Source: Macrostomum lignano
Lineage: Eukaryota
Assembly: GCA_002269645.1 (NCBI GenBank)
Contig: NIVC01001419.1
Span: 65,095-129,094 of the forward strand
Direction: 5' to 3'
DNA length: 64,000 nucleotides
Shown here: piece by piece, positions 25,940-39,242 of the stretch
Numbering within the stretch: the first letter of the stretch is position 1
Layout: every line of letters begins with the position of its first letter
The notes under the pieces: generated by a model
Seen by the model: the letters and a program-made list of their open reading frames with translations, nothing else
Database searches by the model: none
What the model was told of the DNA's origin: nothing
Program-made: the position numbers and the translations under genes

Positions 25940-27104
25940 CAAAGGGCTTTAGCACCAGTGGCTTTAGCACCAGGGGCTTTAGCACCAGGGGCTTTAGCAC
26001 CAGGGGCTTTAGCACCAGGGGCTTTAGCACCAGGGGCTTTAGCACCAAAGGGCTTTAGCACCAGTGGCTTTAGCACCAGTGGCTTTAGCACCAGTGGCTT
26101 TAGCACCAGTGGCTTTAGCACCAAAGGGCTTTAATGTAGCACCAGGGGCTTTAGCACCAAAGGGCTTTAGCACCAGTGGCTTTAGCACCAGTGGCTTTAG
26201 CACCAGTGGCTTTAGCACCAGTGGCTTTAGCACCAGTGGCTTTAGCACCAGTGGCTTTAGCACCAAAGGGCTTTAATGTAGCACCAGTGGCTTTAGCACC
26301 AAAGGGCTTTAGCACCAGGGCTTTAGCACCAGTGGCTTTAGAACCAAAGGGCTTTAGCACCAGGGGCTTTAGCACCAGGGCTTTAGCACCAGGGGCTTTA
26401 GCACCAGGGCTTTAGCACCAGGGGCTTTAGCACCAAAGGGCTTTAGCACCAGTGGCTTTAGAACCAAAGGGCTTTAGCACCAGGGCTTTAGCACCAGGGG
26501 CTTTAGCACCAGGGCTTTAGCACCAGGGGCTTTAGCACCAAAGGGCTTTAGCACCAGGGCTTTAGCACCAGGGGCTTTAGCACCAGGGCTTTAGCACCAG
26601 GGGCTTTAGCACCAGGGGCTTTAGCACCAGTGGCTTTAGCACCAAAGGGCTTTAGCACCAGTGGCTTTCGCACCAGGGGTGCCAGCACCAGGGGTGCCAG
26701 CACCAGGGGTGCCAGCACCAGGGGTGCCAGCACCAGGGGTGCCAGCACCAGGGGTGCCAGCACCAGGGGTGCCAGCACCAGGGGTGCCAGCACCAGGGGT
26801 GCCAGCACCAGGGTGCCAGCACCAGGGGCTTTAGCACCAGGGGCTTTAGCACCAGGGGCTTTAGCACCAGGGGCTTTAGCACCAGGGGCTTTAGCACCAG
26901 GGGCTTTAGCACCAGGGGCTTTAGCACCAGGGGCGCCAGCACCAGGGGCTTTAGCACCAGGGGCTTTAGCACCAGGGGCTTTAGCACCAGGGGCTTTAGC
27001 ACCAGGGGCTTTAGCACCAGGGGCTTTAGCACCAGGGGCTTTAGCACCAGGGGCTTTAGCACCAGGGGCGCCAGCACCAGGGGCTTTAGCACCAGGGGCT
27101 TCAG
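25940..27104. repeat. Second array of the 15-bp GCACCAGGGGCTTTA family, with AGTGG, AAAGG, GGTGCC and 14-bp variants
   Basis: Same core unit and orientation as 10714-11903. A block of GGGGTGCCAGCACCA lies at about 26670-26820. Confidence 0.95.
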
Positions 27105-28264
27105 CCAGAACACTGCATTTACAACCAGACATGGCTTTACTGCATGCTCGGACGTGCAAGCTTCATCATTAGTACAAATTGTAGACGTACAAATACAATG
27201 TGGCTGAGTGATGCAGCTACCAAATATTTTAGAGATAACAAACACGGATTCTGGGTCTGAAACCTTTCCAGAAAACAAATTATTAATCTCCAGGCGACTG
27301 CAATGAGCGGCTCGCACCAGCTGCAGCCTCATCAATCAATTGGAATTCCACTGTGCCGGGAGAAAGACAACTGCATACAAAGGGAAATCTATAGTGGACC
27401 AATTAGCAAAAGGTCAGAATATATACCTATAGGAGCTAGACAAAAATCGGATTACGAGCAATCGTATTCTCCTCCAGACGAAATTGATAGTATTTGCGCA
27501 GGTGAAACTACTTTTGGCTATAGATATTTGCTTGTTACACTCCTTGAATCTCTTTGATGTCTAGTAGTTTTTTATGAGAATTTACGGTTTAAAAATGTTT
27601 GGGGGCAAAGAAGGGACAGAACAGCTCAATAAATAATAGCTACGAACTTCGAATAGGTTACGTACAGTTTCTGGAAGTACTGGAAGTAAAAATTAACCAG
27701 CTACATGACTCTAAAGTAAATCAATAAATCAAAAATGAGAAAACTGAGAATGATGGCCCGATGAAAACGGTGCCTATGATGAGTTTCGTCGTCGTCCATT
27801 TCGCAAAACTCTGAGCATGCATACGGCTTGTACACCCACTGGGTCCGCCTTGGGGAGTTTGGGGTTTGGGGAAGTCGACCAAAGGGAACTTTGACGACCC
27901 CAACGTTTTCCGCCCCCAAGAAAACGTTAAATCTCCACTTTTGTAACACTCTGACTTAGGCTTAATTAACTCTCTCAACGTTTCCCAAAGCTTCAAATTT
28001 CTAGGTAACCCTCTGAACTGAGTCAACTTACCTTTTAACAGCTGTAAATCAGATCGAGATACTTGCTGATGAACTCGAGAAACAGTCAGAGAAGCGCTTC
28101 TGATTTACTTTTGCCAGGTAGGCCTATAGCGCTTAGGGAGTTAGACCAACCAATAGAAAATTACTTAGTATTCGAACTGCAGAAAAACATCTTTCCAAAA
28201 ATAGGATCAGCCTTTGGTTGAGCCAATCCGTCTGATCCCCATGTCTAGAAGATGGGGTAGGTGA

Positions 28265-29831
28265 CACAGAATATTGGAAAAGTGCCATTCAGCCTACTTA
28301 GTTTTTCTTCACAAGTGTATTAATACACAGAATGTCGAATCTCGCATTTTGAGAAAATTTCTTGCACAAGAATGATATTCTATACTGGCTACTCTTGTTG
28401 TGAAGAAAAACTAAGTAGGCTGAATGGCACTTTACAAAGTCTTTGCCATTTATTGCGGGTTTGTCCCACAGAATATAGGAAGGCTTGATAGAACCAACCC
28501 ACCCGCCCTTCTAAACTGTGCTATTTTTAGAAACTACCTTAAGGCTGGCCCTGCCTTCTGCTGCCAAAGACAGCATGCCTTGGGCGTTCTAGCACGAGCT
28601 CGTGGCGTGAAAGCATGCAGGTCAAATGCATTAATGATCGCGCTAACCTGTCTTTGCTGTATTGCATTCTCTATGGCCCAAGCTGGTGCTGCTGAGGCTA
28701 GGTTTGGCATATCTGCTAGAGTTTGAATACGCAGTTTATGGTGATACTGTTTTTGCATGACTGCGTCTGCTTCGAGGCTTCAGTGCTCTGCGTACGGATG
28801 CCCCAACTACGCCGGCAAGTGTCCGCCGGGGCACTGGATTTCACCGGTTTCCAGCAGCCAGAGAGCATCCAAGGCTGCAGTGAGCCAAGAAGCTCCAGAA
28901 CCAGTCCACCTGCAGGGCAACACTTGTGACTCAGATCTCACGGAAGCAGGTGATGAGCTCTTTGCTACATCGGATGACTTAGATCACGAGAAGTGCGCAT
29001 ATGTTGGCGGTTGGTTGCTGTTCCGCTTCTTTAAAACCGAGTGCAAGTGTAAGGTGTGCCAGCAGGAACTGAAGGGAGCAATTCGGACACACGTCCTGCG
29101 ACTGAAGTGCAAGCGGGATGACAGCTTAGTCACCCCAAGCAGAGCAGTTATCAGAGCTGTCACTGAGATGGAACGCCAATTCAAATTGCTGGAAGTGACA
29201 GAGTTCATGCATGCTGGTGTGTCACACAGAATCAGCAAATTATTGGCCAATTGCATCAGGCCCCATATATTGCGACTCATTGCGCTGAGCACTCAGAGAG
29301 ATGCGTGATGAGCATTGCGAGGCTGTTCTCGAAGCTGCGCTTGCACCATTGGTGCAATGGGCGCAGGATTGCGGCTCGGGAGAGAAAGCGCGGGCGAGCA
29401 TTTTGCAATGAGCAATCGAAGAAGTTCAAGAGGATGAGTGCGATTGCATGAGATTTGCAATTTCTGTTGCGTCTGGCATTTCCTGCCTGGCGTGCAGCGC
29501 TAAAACTAAACCTGTTGTTATATGTTTGTTACTTTTGTCTTTTAGCTTACATATACATGGCAATGAGGTTATAACAGTTGTTACTACTGCTCATGACTTT
29601 GCCCACGCACCGTTATGTACAAATTAATTACAAGGATAGGGCAGCATTCATCTGCAGCGTCAAAACGACGACTCAAAGCTTTCAAAGGCTGTCTTGAGCT
29701 CGACTTTTACATTCAACTTTGCGTTAAAAAAATCGCAACTACTTATCAGCTTCACAACGTTAGTAGTGCAATCGTATTTATTTTCGCTTTCATCGAGAAC
29801 TGCCGATTCGCCATTCTGTGTATATTCTGTG
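28265..29831 (+). mobile_element. Internally deleted P-element/THAP9-like DNA transposon
   Basis: THAP N-terminus CSAYGCPNY and, after a frameshift, GFHRFP (28757-28900). This is fused to a P-transposase-like C-terminus (CAYVGGWLL, CKCKVC, LVTPSRAV, HCAEH...FSKLRLHHWC; 28985-29451). The right end 29805-29831 is inverted relative to CACAGAATA (28265) plus TACACAGAATGTCGAATC (28324). Confidence 0.65.
28279..28433. repeat. Perfect 36-bp inverted repeat with an 83-bp spacer
   Basis: AAAGTGCCATTCAGCCTACTTAGTTTTTCTTCACAA (28279-28314) and its exact reverse complement (28398-28433). Confidence 0.9.
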
Positions 29832-30489
29832 AGGTAAGCATTGCATTAAATTAATGATTCAATACATTCCCTATTCTATTTTAAGATTTAAGAGTAAGGC
29901 AGCAGAGCCAACCCAAGTAAAATGCACTTCACCGTGAATAGAAATTAAAATATATATCACAGTGTATTCGCCAAGCGAAATTCAAATAACTGATCAGCTG
30001 AACTTAGCTGGCATCGCCTCTGGTATTTTGGACCGTTCGGCGACATCTGCCCATTCCACTGACTCCTTGAGCACACACAAGCGCGACAATGATGTACGCA
30101 TGCACGCACTCCTACACACGCTCACACAATGTGCACAATGGCCCTGACTTTCCAATCGTCTGACATGTACACTACTCCGCTCCCAGCCATTATGATAGGC
30201 AGCAGTTACTGCTCAGTGTTGTAGCAATATTACGCAGTTACACACAGTTAAGTTTGCACTAGCCTTCAAATTTTGTAGACCAGCAAATTCAAAATTCTTT
30301 TCAATTCTTTTGAAAAGCCTGAGTTTAGACCATAGACTACGTCAGGCCCAACCCAGACTGTATCGAGAAACTTCTCTTAATCTTTTAGACTTCTTGAGCA
30401 TTAGCTTAAACTTTTAGTGGCTTATTAATCAGACTCGTGCGACCCGAAAGCAGTCTGAGCTAAACGAAAAACTAATAAGATCCAAAAAT

Positions 30490-31434
30490 ATGACGTCCAC
30501 ATCGGAACGAACAATTGCTGCTGTTCCTATCGACAGGTCGGCGACACCCACCAGCAGTCACGTCCCAGCGTCCGTGACACCGAAGCAGAACCAGGAGTCC
30601 GACGTGCATAGCATACTCTACGAGCCGTGCATTCGACCGTCCGGTATCCGTGGCAGCAGATGGTCGTTAGCTTCCGCCAGTCCCAGTAGAGACGAGTCGG
30701 AGCCTCTAAGGCAGCGTAAGTACATTTAGCTACTATTGTGTTGACAATGGGTTCAAGCGTAAGGAAGCCGATGCAAAAAAAGAAAAGCAATTCTATTTCG
30801 TTTCTAATTCCATATAGGCACCGTCGACAAGTCGGTCCAGACCTGCACCGATCAACACGAATTTAATGCCCAAGTGGCCAACCCAATCGGCATGGACGTC
30901 AGCGACCAGAGCAACGAGGAGGTGCACACTGATGCAGGCGAGGGTAGCGAGCAGCTGTGCAGCAGCGGGGAGGTGAGGATGTCTGCCACCGGAGGCGAAG
31001 GTGGTGGTGGTGGCGGCGGCGGCGGCGGCAGCGGGGTGAATCGCTCGCACAGTCAGGACAGCTTGAACACCTGGCCGCCCAGATCGCCAGCCAATCGACA
31101 TTTGAACTGCCGGGCCGCAGTGCAAAAACGGAAGAGAATGAGAAGCGACTCAAGGCACGAGGAGCCAACTCCTGCTGCTGCACCGTCAGGCGGCGCATTG
31201 GCAACGATGCCTCCGGTGAACTGGACAGTGAGGCGGCTGGCCCCGAATCCACCTCGCAGCCAACGGCAGACCGTACTGCGAATACGAGCCTCGAATTTAA
31301 TACTCTATATCGTGATCGCCTGGCTCGTGTACGCGCTGTTCCAGGAGTCCTACATGTACCCGGCTTTCAATCGCTGCCCGGAAGTGATGAACAATGGACG
31401 CGGGTTTTCCACCCTTTCCCATCATCTGTATTGA
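30490..31434 (+). CDS. Uncharacterised protein with a single C-terminal transmembrane helix, about 280 aa; join(30490..30715,30818..31434)
   Basis: Phase-1 intron CAGC|GTAAGT ... CATATAG|GC joins the two ORFs in frame. Disordered Ser/Gly-rich body, basic cluster KRKRMR, TM NLILYIVIAWLVYALF and a 30-aa tail. Confidence 0.7.
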
Positions 31435-32301
31435 TCCACGTTGAACTATGCTGAAGCTACGAGACATTGGCTACTTGAACAAATTTTCTGTTGAATATTC
31501 ACTGTATAGAGTCAAAGAAAGATTTAATTTTCGATGCAAAAATAAATTGTGCTCGTTAAAACGGGCACCCGTCTGTTTTGAACTGAAATCGCCAACACAC
31601 AAAGGTGTTTTAATGTGCGTTAAAACAATATTTTTTTCGCTTGGAAAGACAGGTGTCAGATTCAAAAGTAAATCGTGACTTCGTGCAGTGCCTCCCACGA
31701 TATGCGATTCTTATTATTTGGCCCCATGCATCGAAATGACAGCGCCAATTCTCTCTAGCTGTCTCGTATAGCTAGCATTGCACTTTGCGCGATGCAACTC
31801 CTCCCTCGCAGGTTTGTCAGAAGGAATGGCGAGATAGGGCTGGCTGTATAGAAAACGGCTACTTATTATTCACAGAAGAAGCGATTTGACTATCTGGAAT
31901 GCTTCCGTGTGTCTCATTGTAGGATTTGGTTCGGGCTATGACTTCAGAGGAGCTTCAAGTAGGAAAAACTCTCCTTACCTTTGCATTGAGTGATATGGCG
32001 ATGTGACTTCCCGGCCCGACGCCCCTCTCCTCACTGCAACAGCTGCGAAATGGGCCTTGAGGCAATCGATTTCCTCTGAGACACGGCGCAGTCATTTCTG
32101 TCCGGCCGGCGCTGGGTTAAGGATCGCCTCGAAGGAGAAAAATTCTCAACGTTCCTCATTTTTTGAATTTCGACAAGCCAAAGAAGCCGAGGCTTTGCTG
32201 CTATTGCTGCAATATTCGAGGTCGACCGTCTGCAGGCGAAAACTTTATCAGGATTCTAATCGGAAACTTCATAACCCCGCTACAAAAGATAAAAGTTGAC
32301 A

Positions 32302-34542
32302 ATGAACAGGTGGGCGTTGATACTCTTTGCCGCACTAATCTGCGTCAGTAGCGTCTGCATCGGCAGTGTCAATGGAGGTATGTCACAGGCTTAAATCTCT
32401 ATGCTTTGTCAATTCGCTGAACTAAAAATGAGTTGTCTCTAGTTTCTAACTAAACATGCATCTATTGTTTTGCATGCCAATTAAATCACTGATTAGATGA
32501 TGACGAAATTTTTTGTTTATTTTGTGCATCTCGTAGGTCTTTTGCGGAAGCTTCGGGGCTCTTACTTAGGTGTCGAAAGCTGTCAAATTTGCAGGCAAAC
32601 AGAGCAACTTGTTTAATCCGATTAATTTTCAATGAATTTCGCAGCTGCCGCAACAACCTCTACTACGGCTGCCACCACGGCAAAAGTAAGCACAGCGAAG
32701 GGCACTGTGGCTGCCACAACTACGGCTAAAGTAGCTACCACAGCGGCTGCTACTACAACTGCTAAAGCAGCAACCACAGGTGCCGCAGCAAACGCGACTA
32801 AGACAACTCCCACTAAACCAGCTGTCACCACTGGCAAGCCCCATGCCAACAGTACGTCAACAGCGAAGGTGACCACCACACCAAAGACCACGCCGACTAC
32901 GACCGAGTTCAAACCGTTCCCAGAGATCCAATGCTACATGCCATTCTGGCGGGCCGGGGTGTGGCACCACACCTGCATCAAGTACAATGACTTTGGCGAC
33001 TTCTGGTGCTCGCTAACTGCCAACTTCACCAAAGATGAGAACTGGAAGAGGTGCCGATGTGAGTTGTGCCCAATAATTAGAAAAGACCCACTTCTAGGTA
33101 TGAATCAGTTTCAACAGCACACCCATTAATGGTTTCCAGCGCCTGACCTGAAGCGCTTCCAGTGCCACATCCCGTTTGAGTTCGAGGGAAAGAACCACAC
33201 CAGCTGCCTGCCGATTAAAGAGAACTCCAAGCACGGCCGCGGGGCTCACCACAGCTTCTGGTGCGCCACCGTGCCTAAGATTGACAAGTTCTCGCCCCAC
33301 GGCACCGACTGGGCCTACTGCGAGCACCGGAACGCCACAGGCGTGGCCTACCTCAAGAAGGTCGGCCCGCATAAGAACATCGCGGCCGCCAAGAAAAACG
33401 CTACAGTCAGCGCCAAGAGCGACAAAAATGCCACGGAGTCCGCCGCTGCCGCTGCCGCAGCCGGCGCTCCTGGCAAAGCTCTGAACGGAGCGGCAGGCGG
33501 CCAGGGCGCTTCCGGAGCCTCGGGCGCCGGGTTGAGCGCCTCAGCCACGATCGGCATTGCTGTGGGCGTCGTCTGCTCGGTGCTCGCTGTGGTGGCCGTG
33601 GTGGCCGGAGTTGCTATCCGCAAGCGGTTTGTGCCCTACACCCAGTTGTATAAGCTATCAATCATTTTAAAGTGACTGTCAGGTTGTTTATACTCATCTA
33701 TGAGGGTTTCCACGAGGCGATTCAGTTAGGAATCATTTCAGAAAAGAAGCGGCAGCTTAGCCAACGACCAAATATATCTTTTTTAGTGCGTCTCCTAGCC
33801 AATTGCAGTTACGCTATATTTTCATTAATTTGAGGCTAATTACACATGCATGTAATTACACCTAATAATATCTAACTTGCACCTAGTTATACCTAATTAT
33901 AGCCTAATTAAACATAATTGCACCTAATTACAGTCTAATTACACATAACTACACCTAATTGTACCTAATTTGCACCTAGTTATAGCTAATTATAGCCTAA
34001 TTAAACATAATTACACCTAATTGTACCTAATTTGCACCTAGTTATACCTAATGACAGCCTAATTAAACATAATTGCACCTACTTCTAAATGCAGTCTAAT
34101 TACACATAACTACACCTAATTATACCTATTTTGCACATAGTTATACCTAATTATAGCAGAATAACACTTAATTACACAAACGCTCGCATTTCCACCTAAT
34201 TACAGCCTAATTACACATAATACCACACATAATTACACCTAATTATAGCCTAATAACACATAATCACACACACTCTCGTGATTACATCTAATTAGGTCGT
34301 GGAAACTAGCTATCTGCGAATAAAATCTAGTTTTAGAACGTAAATTCAATATATCTAAACAGTCCATGGCAATATTTAATAGTCTTTTTACTTTCACCAA
34401 AATCTAAACGATGATTTGATAGCAAAATAATAGTCAAGCTGTTTCAAATCACCAAATTTGCAGTCGGCGCAACGGCCAGCACAAGGCGCTGCTGCAGACC
34501 CGCGAGAAGGGGACCTACGGTGGGATGGAGGCGAGCAATTAA
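32302..34542 (+). CDS. Type I membrane protein: signal, Thr/Ala-rich mucin-like region, two fibronectin type II domains, TM, short cytoplasmic tail; 351 aa; join(32302..32377,32645..33058,33140..33626,34464..34542)
   Basis: Signal MNRWALILFAALICVSSVCIG. FN2-1 is CYMPF...HTC...FWCSLT...WKRC; FN2-2 is CHIPFEFEGKNHTSC...FWCATV...WAYC. TM IGIAVGVVCSVLAVVAVVAGVAI, tail RKRRRNGQHKALLQTREKGTYGGMEASN*. Intron phases 1,1,2 are consistent; the third donor (GTTTGT) is weak. Confidence 0.85.
33840..34295. repeat. Degenerate AT-rich 11-bp-type repeat (ACCTAATT core) in intron 3 of the FN2 gene
   Basis: Recurrent TAATTACACC / ACCTAATT / CATAATT motifs. Confidence 0.75.
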
Positions 34543-36631
34543 CCGCCTGGCAACGGTCGACCTGGATACTGAAGCGTTGAGGCTGCACGAAGGTTCAAGG
34601 ATTGACGAGTTGACAGCTGATGGCTACATGAGTTTGACACGCAACTGCGCCTATTCAGTGTTCCAGCAGTCCACCATTGCTGACTTTATTTGAAACTGTA
34701 TGGGCACGTAATTAGGGTTGTGATGAACGGTTCAAATTTTCAATCCAATAAATTAACTAAACTTATTTTTAGTGGTGCAATAACCCAGTGTGCATCGTAT
34801 CGGCATTCATTATTCTCGCTTTTTGGTGATTGGGTGTCCCGAAAAAATGTCATGCACTGCGTGTACTACTCACTGCACGCATGCTTGAGTAGCTGTAGGA
34901 AAACATTTTTGTGTTTGAATAAAAATTATTGACTTCATCTGGCTATTCGGAAATTTAATATCTATTTAAAGACGCTTCCTTCAAAAGTAAAGTTGAAGCC
35001 AAAATGAAAATGAATAAATTTGATGTCAATAAACTGGTTATTTTGTCAAGTTTGTTTGGGTTGTACGCTTAACGGTGTATTTAGATATTGTTTTTTGTAC
35101 TGTCCTTTTCCAGGAAAATTTAGTGGCCAAATTTTGCTCAAAAATTTTATGGTGGTTCATGGCAAGCTGGCCAGCGCATTGTCGTCTGCAGTGGAACCTC
35201 CACTATGGTAGTGCCTATAGAGCGTACATATTCATCGCATTTAATGAGCTGCAAGTCAGTCTGCGTCGAAGCAATGGGTCTGACACGCTGCCAACCTCAA
35301 CCGCCTGCATGATTTCCATCAGTTTTCAGGACCCACAGCTGTATCTCAGAATCGTCACTTTTGACAGTGTTCCGAACGAGTTTTACTACAACTACACTTT
35401 GAATGGCACAGGCAGCATCAGAGCGGGAGATCACTACAAGCAGGACGAGATTTTTAACACGTGATTGTAAAGATTGTTGCTCTAGCTTCGCGCACTCGTG
35501 CTTTTGCTATGACGCACTCGTTAGCGTTCATGAATACCATTCTTAATTGATTCTATCAATTAATGATAGACCATTAAGTTCAACCATAGACAAAATCAAT
35601 CCAGCACTTTATTTTTGTTGTCTTTTTATTGCCGGCTGATTCTCCGCGCAGGAATCGCATTCTTGTACACGGGATGTCTATGGTAAAATCTCACTGAAAA
35701 AGCATTAGACGAAGAAATGAATTCCTGCACGGTTTTGGGCATTGCTGCATGATGACTCATCCAACAATGGGATTCCTTCACGTTCACTTGTGGGTGAAGA
35801 ACATCGTGCACTCCTGCACTAGCGCGCACTCGTGCAGATGTCATTCCCGTGCAGGAATCATTCAATTTCTGAAAATAATTTCAATCCTGCACCTATGATG
35901 CATTAGACCGAAGGAGATTTTGCCATTGACAAAATCAATTCTGCACGCTTGAGCGTGGAAGATTAGCAATTCTGCACGCATAATCAAATAAGAATGCTCT
36001 GCAGCCATAAACTACACTGCGAGTTGCAAGTGATATGCATTCCATGCAGAAGCAGCTTTCGATTCTACAGTACCAACTGAATCAGCCGAAGAAATTCACT
36101 GTCGAAAGTTTTCATTGCAAACAAGAATTTTTCATGAGCATTATGCAAATGTGACACTGATTAGTTAATAATTAGTCAAGAGCGGAAGTAAGCAGGCCAT
36201 GTCCCAAGTATTTCAACCGAACTCCACTGCTGTGTGCAGCGGCTGCAGCCACATTCCAGCCCATCGGCAGGGGTTCCGAGCACCACACTGAGTGCGCCAA
36301 GGCACTTGCTTCGAAACTAGAGAAATTCGCATCAGGGTGCTCATAGTGTAATGTAAAATTCAGCGAAGCTTAGGCGCATTGAGCTGGGTTGTTAAGTTCT
36401 GCAGTAATGAATCGAATGCATTGGAAAGTTTGCAACCAAATTTTTAGGTACGACCCGAGAGGTTTTACAGAAATTCGAAACCAATCAATAGCCGGTGCAA
36501 ATCACTCGTATTTGCCTCAGCCACTCAGTCTGATGTTGCTCCACGGCGCCCCTGTGAAACCAGAGTCGTCAGCCCGATTCGCCGGTGCTCCGCTCCAGTC
36601 CCGCCTGTCCCGCTGCAGCGTTGTCGGACCA

Positions 36632-37042
36632 TCAGATGCGTAGGTCTCTCGTTGAGCTCATGGGGCTGGGCTCGCCGGTGGTGTCTCTGGAAGCACAATG
36701 CCCAGCTCTTCGCTCGTCTCCTTTCCTAATCGTGTCCGTCACGATGATGAAGTTGATGCTGGCGCTGATGTTGTAGACGGCGGTCTCAAGCTTGGCCATC
36801 CCGAGCGTAGCCAGCGGCTTCCTGGAGCCGAACGTGTGCACTCGACGCTTTCATGCCTGGAGATCCCCTGCCCTGCCTCCGATTGACCAGAATGTCTTCA
36901 GGCTCATCAGGTTGCAGCCGGCGCCGCTGTCGATCAGAAGGTCGGCTTTGCGGCTCCTGATGGCCGCCTTGACGTGCGGCAGGCGATTCCTTCGCCTGAT
37001 TCGAGATCTCTGCCATTCCGTGGGTAGTCCACTGAAATTCAT
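36632..37042 (-). mobile_element. Degenerate LTR retrotransposon (Ty3/Gypsy-like) aspartic protease fragment
   Basis: Minus-strand LPHVKAAI...ADLLIDSGAGCNLMS carries the retropepsin DSG motif. An in-frame TGA at 36851-36853 is followed by a same-frame continuation. No RT, integrase or LTRs recognised. Confidence 0.65.
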
Positions 37043-37794
37043 TCAGTGGGCCCTGCCCCAACATATGCGCCATTCTACACTATGTAGAGACTGCCCTCGG
37101 GTAGTCCTCTTTCGATATCTCCCACGAAATTTCCACGGATGAAAATGGAATTTAGAATTTAGATGAAATTCATCAAAACTTACGACTTAGCTACATTACA
37201 TGCGACCCTACATGTGTATAACTGGCTCAATACTTATTTCAGAGTTCAGAGCAGTCATCAGAGCAAAGATGGACGTGCTTAGGCATGAGGACCTTGAAGA
37301 ACGCATGTCGGAATATGCCCAAATACGAGCCGCAGCTGGGCTGGCCCAGCACTACTTTCATGAAAACTCATCTGGAACTATTTGAATCAATTCTTTTTCT
37401 CTTAGTAACAGAGAAGCAATCAAGTATGGTAGAGCCATTTTAATTCTCCAATAAAGAAGAATTATAATATCAAAATAAATACAGGTTTATATACTACAAT
37501 CGTATTTCCTAAAATAGTCAGTAATTAAGACGAAAATAGATATTCAATTGACGACTTAGGGTCTTAATAAGTCTTACAAAGTTAAAAATCTTTGAATTAG
37601 AAATCTTTGGATTAATAAGCTGCAGCCACACGTACGAGGCTGTAATAAAACAATCAACTCTGTAACGTATATATTTTTAACAAATATATATTGCCAGTAA
37701 AATTAGACTAAGGGATTTAAATTGTATGACTTGAAATTAAGTTGAGAAGACGCTTTTGCTTTTCTTTTACGATATTAGAAGCGAACGTACATGT

Positions 37795-38629
37795 ATATAC
37801 CTGTAGGTGACACTGACCAAGGAGTCCTCTCTATACCTGTAGGTGACAGGTGACACTGACCAAGGAGTCCTCTCTATACCTGTAGGTGACAGGTGACACT
37901 GACCAAGGAGTCCTCTCTATACCTGTAGGTGACAGGTGACACTGACCAAGGAGTCCTCTCTATACCTGTAGGTGACAGGTGACACTGACCAAGGAGTCCT
38001 CTATACCTGTAGGTGACAGGTGACACTGACCAAGGAGTCCTCTCTATACCTGTAGGTGACAGGTGACACTGACCAAGGAGTCCTCTCTATACCTGTAGGT
38101 GACAGGTGACACTGACCAAGGAGTCCTCTCTATACCTGTAGGTGACAGGTGACACTGACTAAGGAGTCCTCTCTATACCTGTAGGTGACAGGTGACACTG
38201 ACCAAGGAGTCCTCTATACCTGTAGGTGACAGGTGACACTGACCAAGGAGTCCTCTCTATACCTGTAGGTGAGAGGTGACACTGACCAAGGAGTCCTCTA
38301 TACCTGTAGGTGACAGGTGACACTGACCAAGGAGTCCTCTATACCTGTAGGTGACAGGTGACACTGACCAAGGAGTCCTCTATACCTGTAGGTGAGAGGT
38401 GACACTGACCAAGGAGTCCTCTATACCTGTAGGTGACAGGTGACACTGACCAAGGAGTCCTCTATACCTGTAGGTGACAGGTGACACTGATTAAGGAGTC
38501 CTCTATACCTGTAGGTGACAGGTGACACTGACCAAGGAGTCCTCTATACCTGTAGGTGACAGGTGACACTGACCAAGGAGTCCTCTATACCTGTAGGTGA
38601 CAGGTGACACTGATTAAGGAGTCCTATAT
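37795..38629. repeat. 41/43-bp minisatellite, about 20 copies
   Basis: Unit TATACCTGTAGGTGACAGGTGACACTGACCAAGGAGTCCTC(TC). Confidence 0.96.
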
Positions 38630-39242
38630 ATACGGCTGGGAGCAGTGCCCGTGTTAAATAAGACCAGTAGAGGCTAGCAGCAACTGTTGCATCTGTGGGA
38701 AAACCTGCAACGTCTGCAACAAGCCAGGCTCTACATGCTGATCTGCTGTTCAAAGATCGGTTCCGGGACTGCATCCACTGTATACACGGAGCAGAAGAGA
38801 CGTGGGCCACCAGCTGCTGCAAGATCCACGGAGCGCGAAGCCAGGGTCGGGAGTCACCGATCGCGTGTCTATCAGCTTTATCGTCTATTTTATCCTTTCT
38901 GTTGAGTTTTTTACGCTTGAATGTAAATCAAAATGATGTTTTTTCTACTCTGTTTTATGTGCCCGATAAGATAAAGATCAACATGTTCTGGAAAATAGTT
39001 TGTCACACAGACAGATAGACAGACAGAGAAATAAAGAACTCATAAAACTGGCTCAAAGCAGTGCTATTCTTGAATTTATGCTTCATTGTGTCAGTTTGCT
39101 TCACCATGCTGCTGCTTATTTTTCTTTATCAATCAGACAGTCTTTCATCATCAATACAGCGTATTGCAAGGTCTCAACACAAGCTACGAGCTTCAAATTT
39201 ATAAAGTACTCAAAGAGCTACAAAGTTATTCAAAGTTGGTAG

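Noticed and set aside
35075-35464. 129-aa ORF as a real exon
   Set aside because: No recognisable domain and no convincing start or upstream exon; left uncalled.
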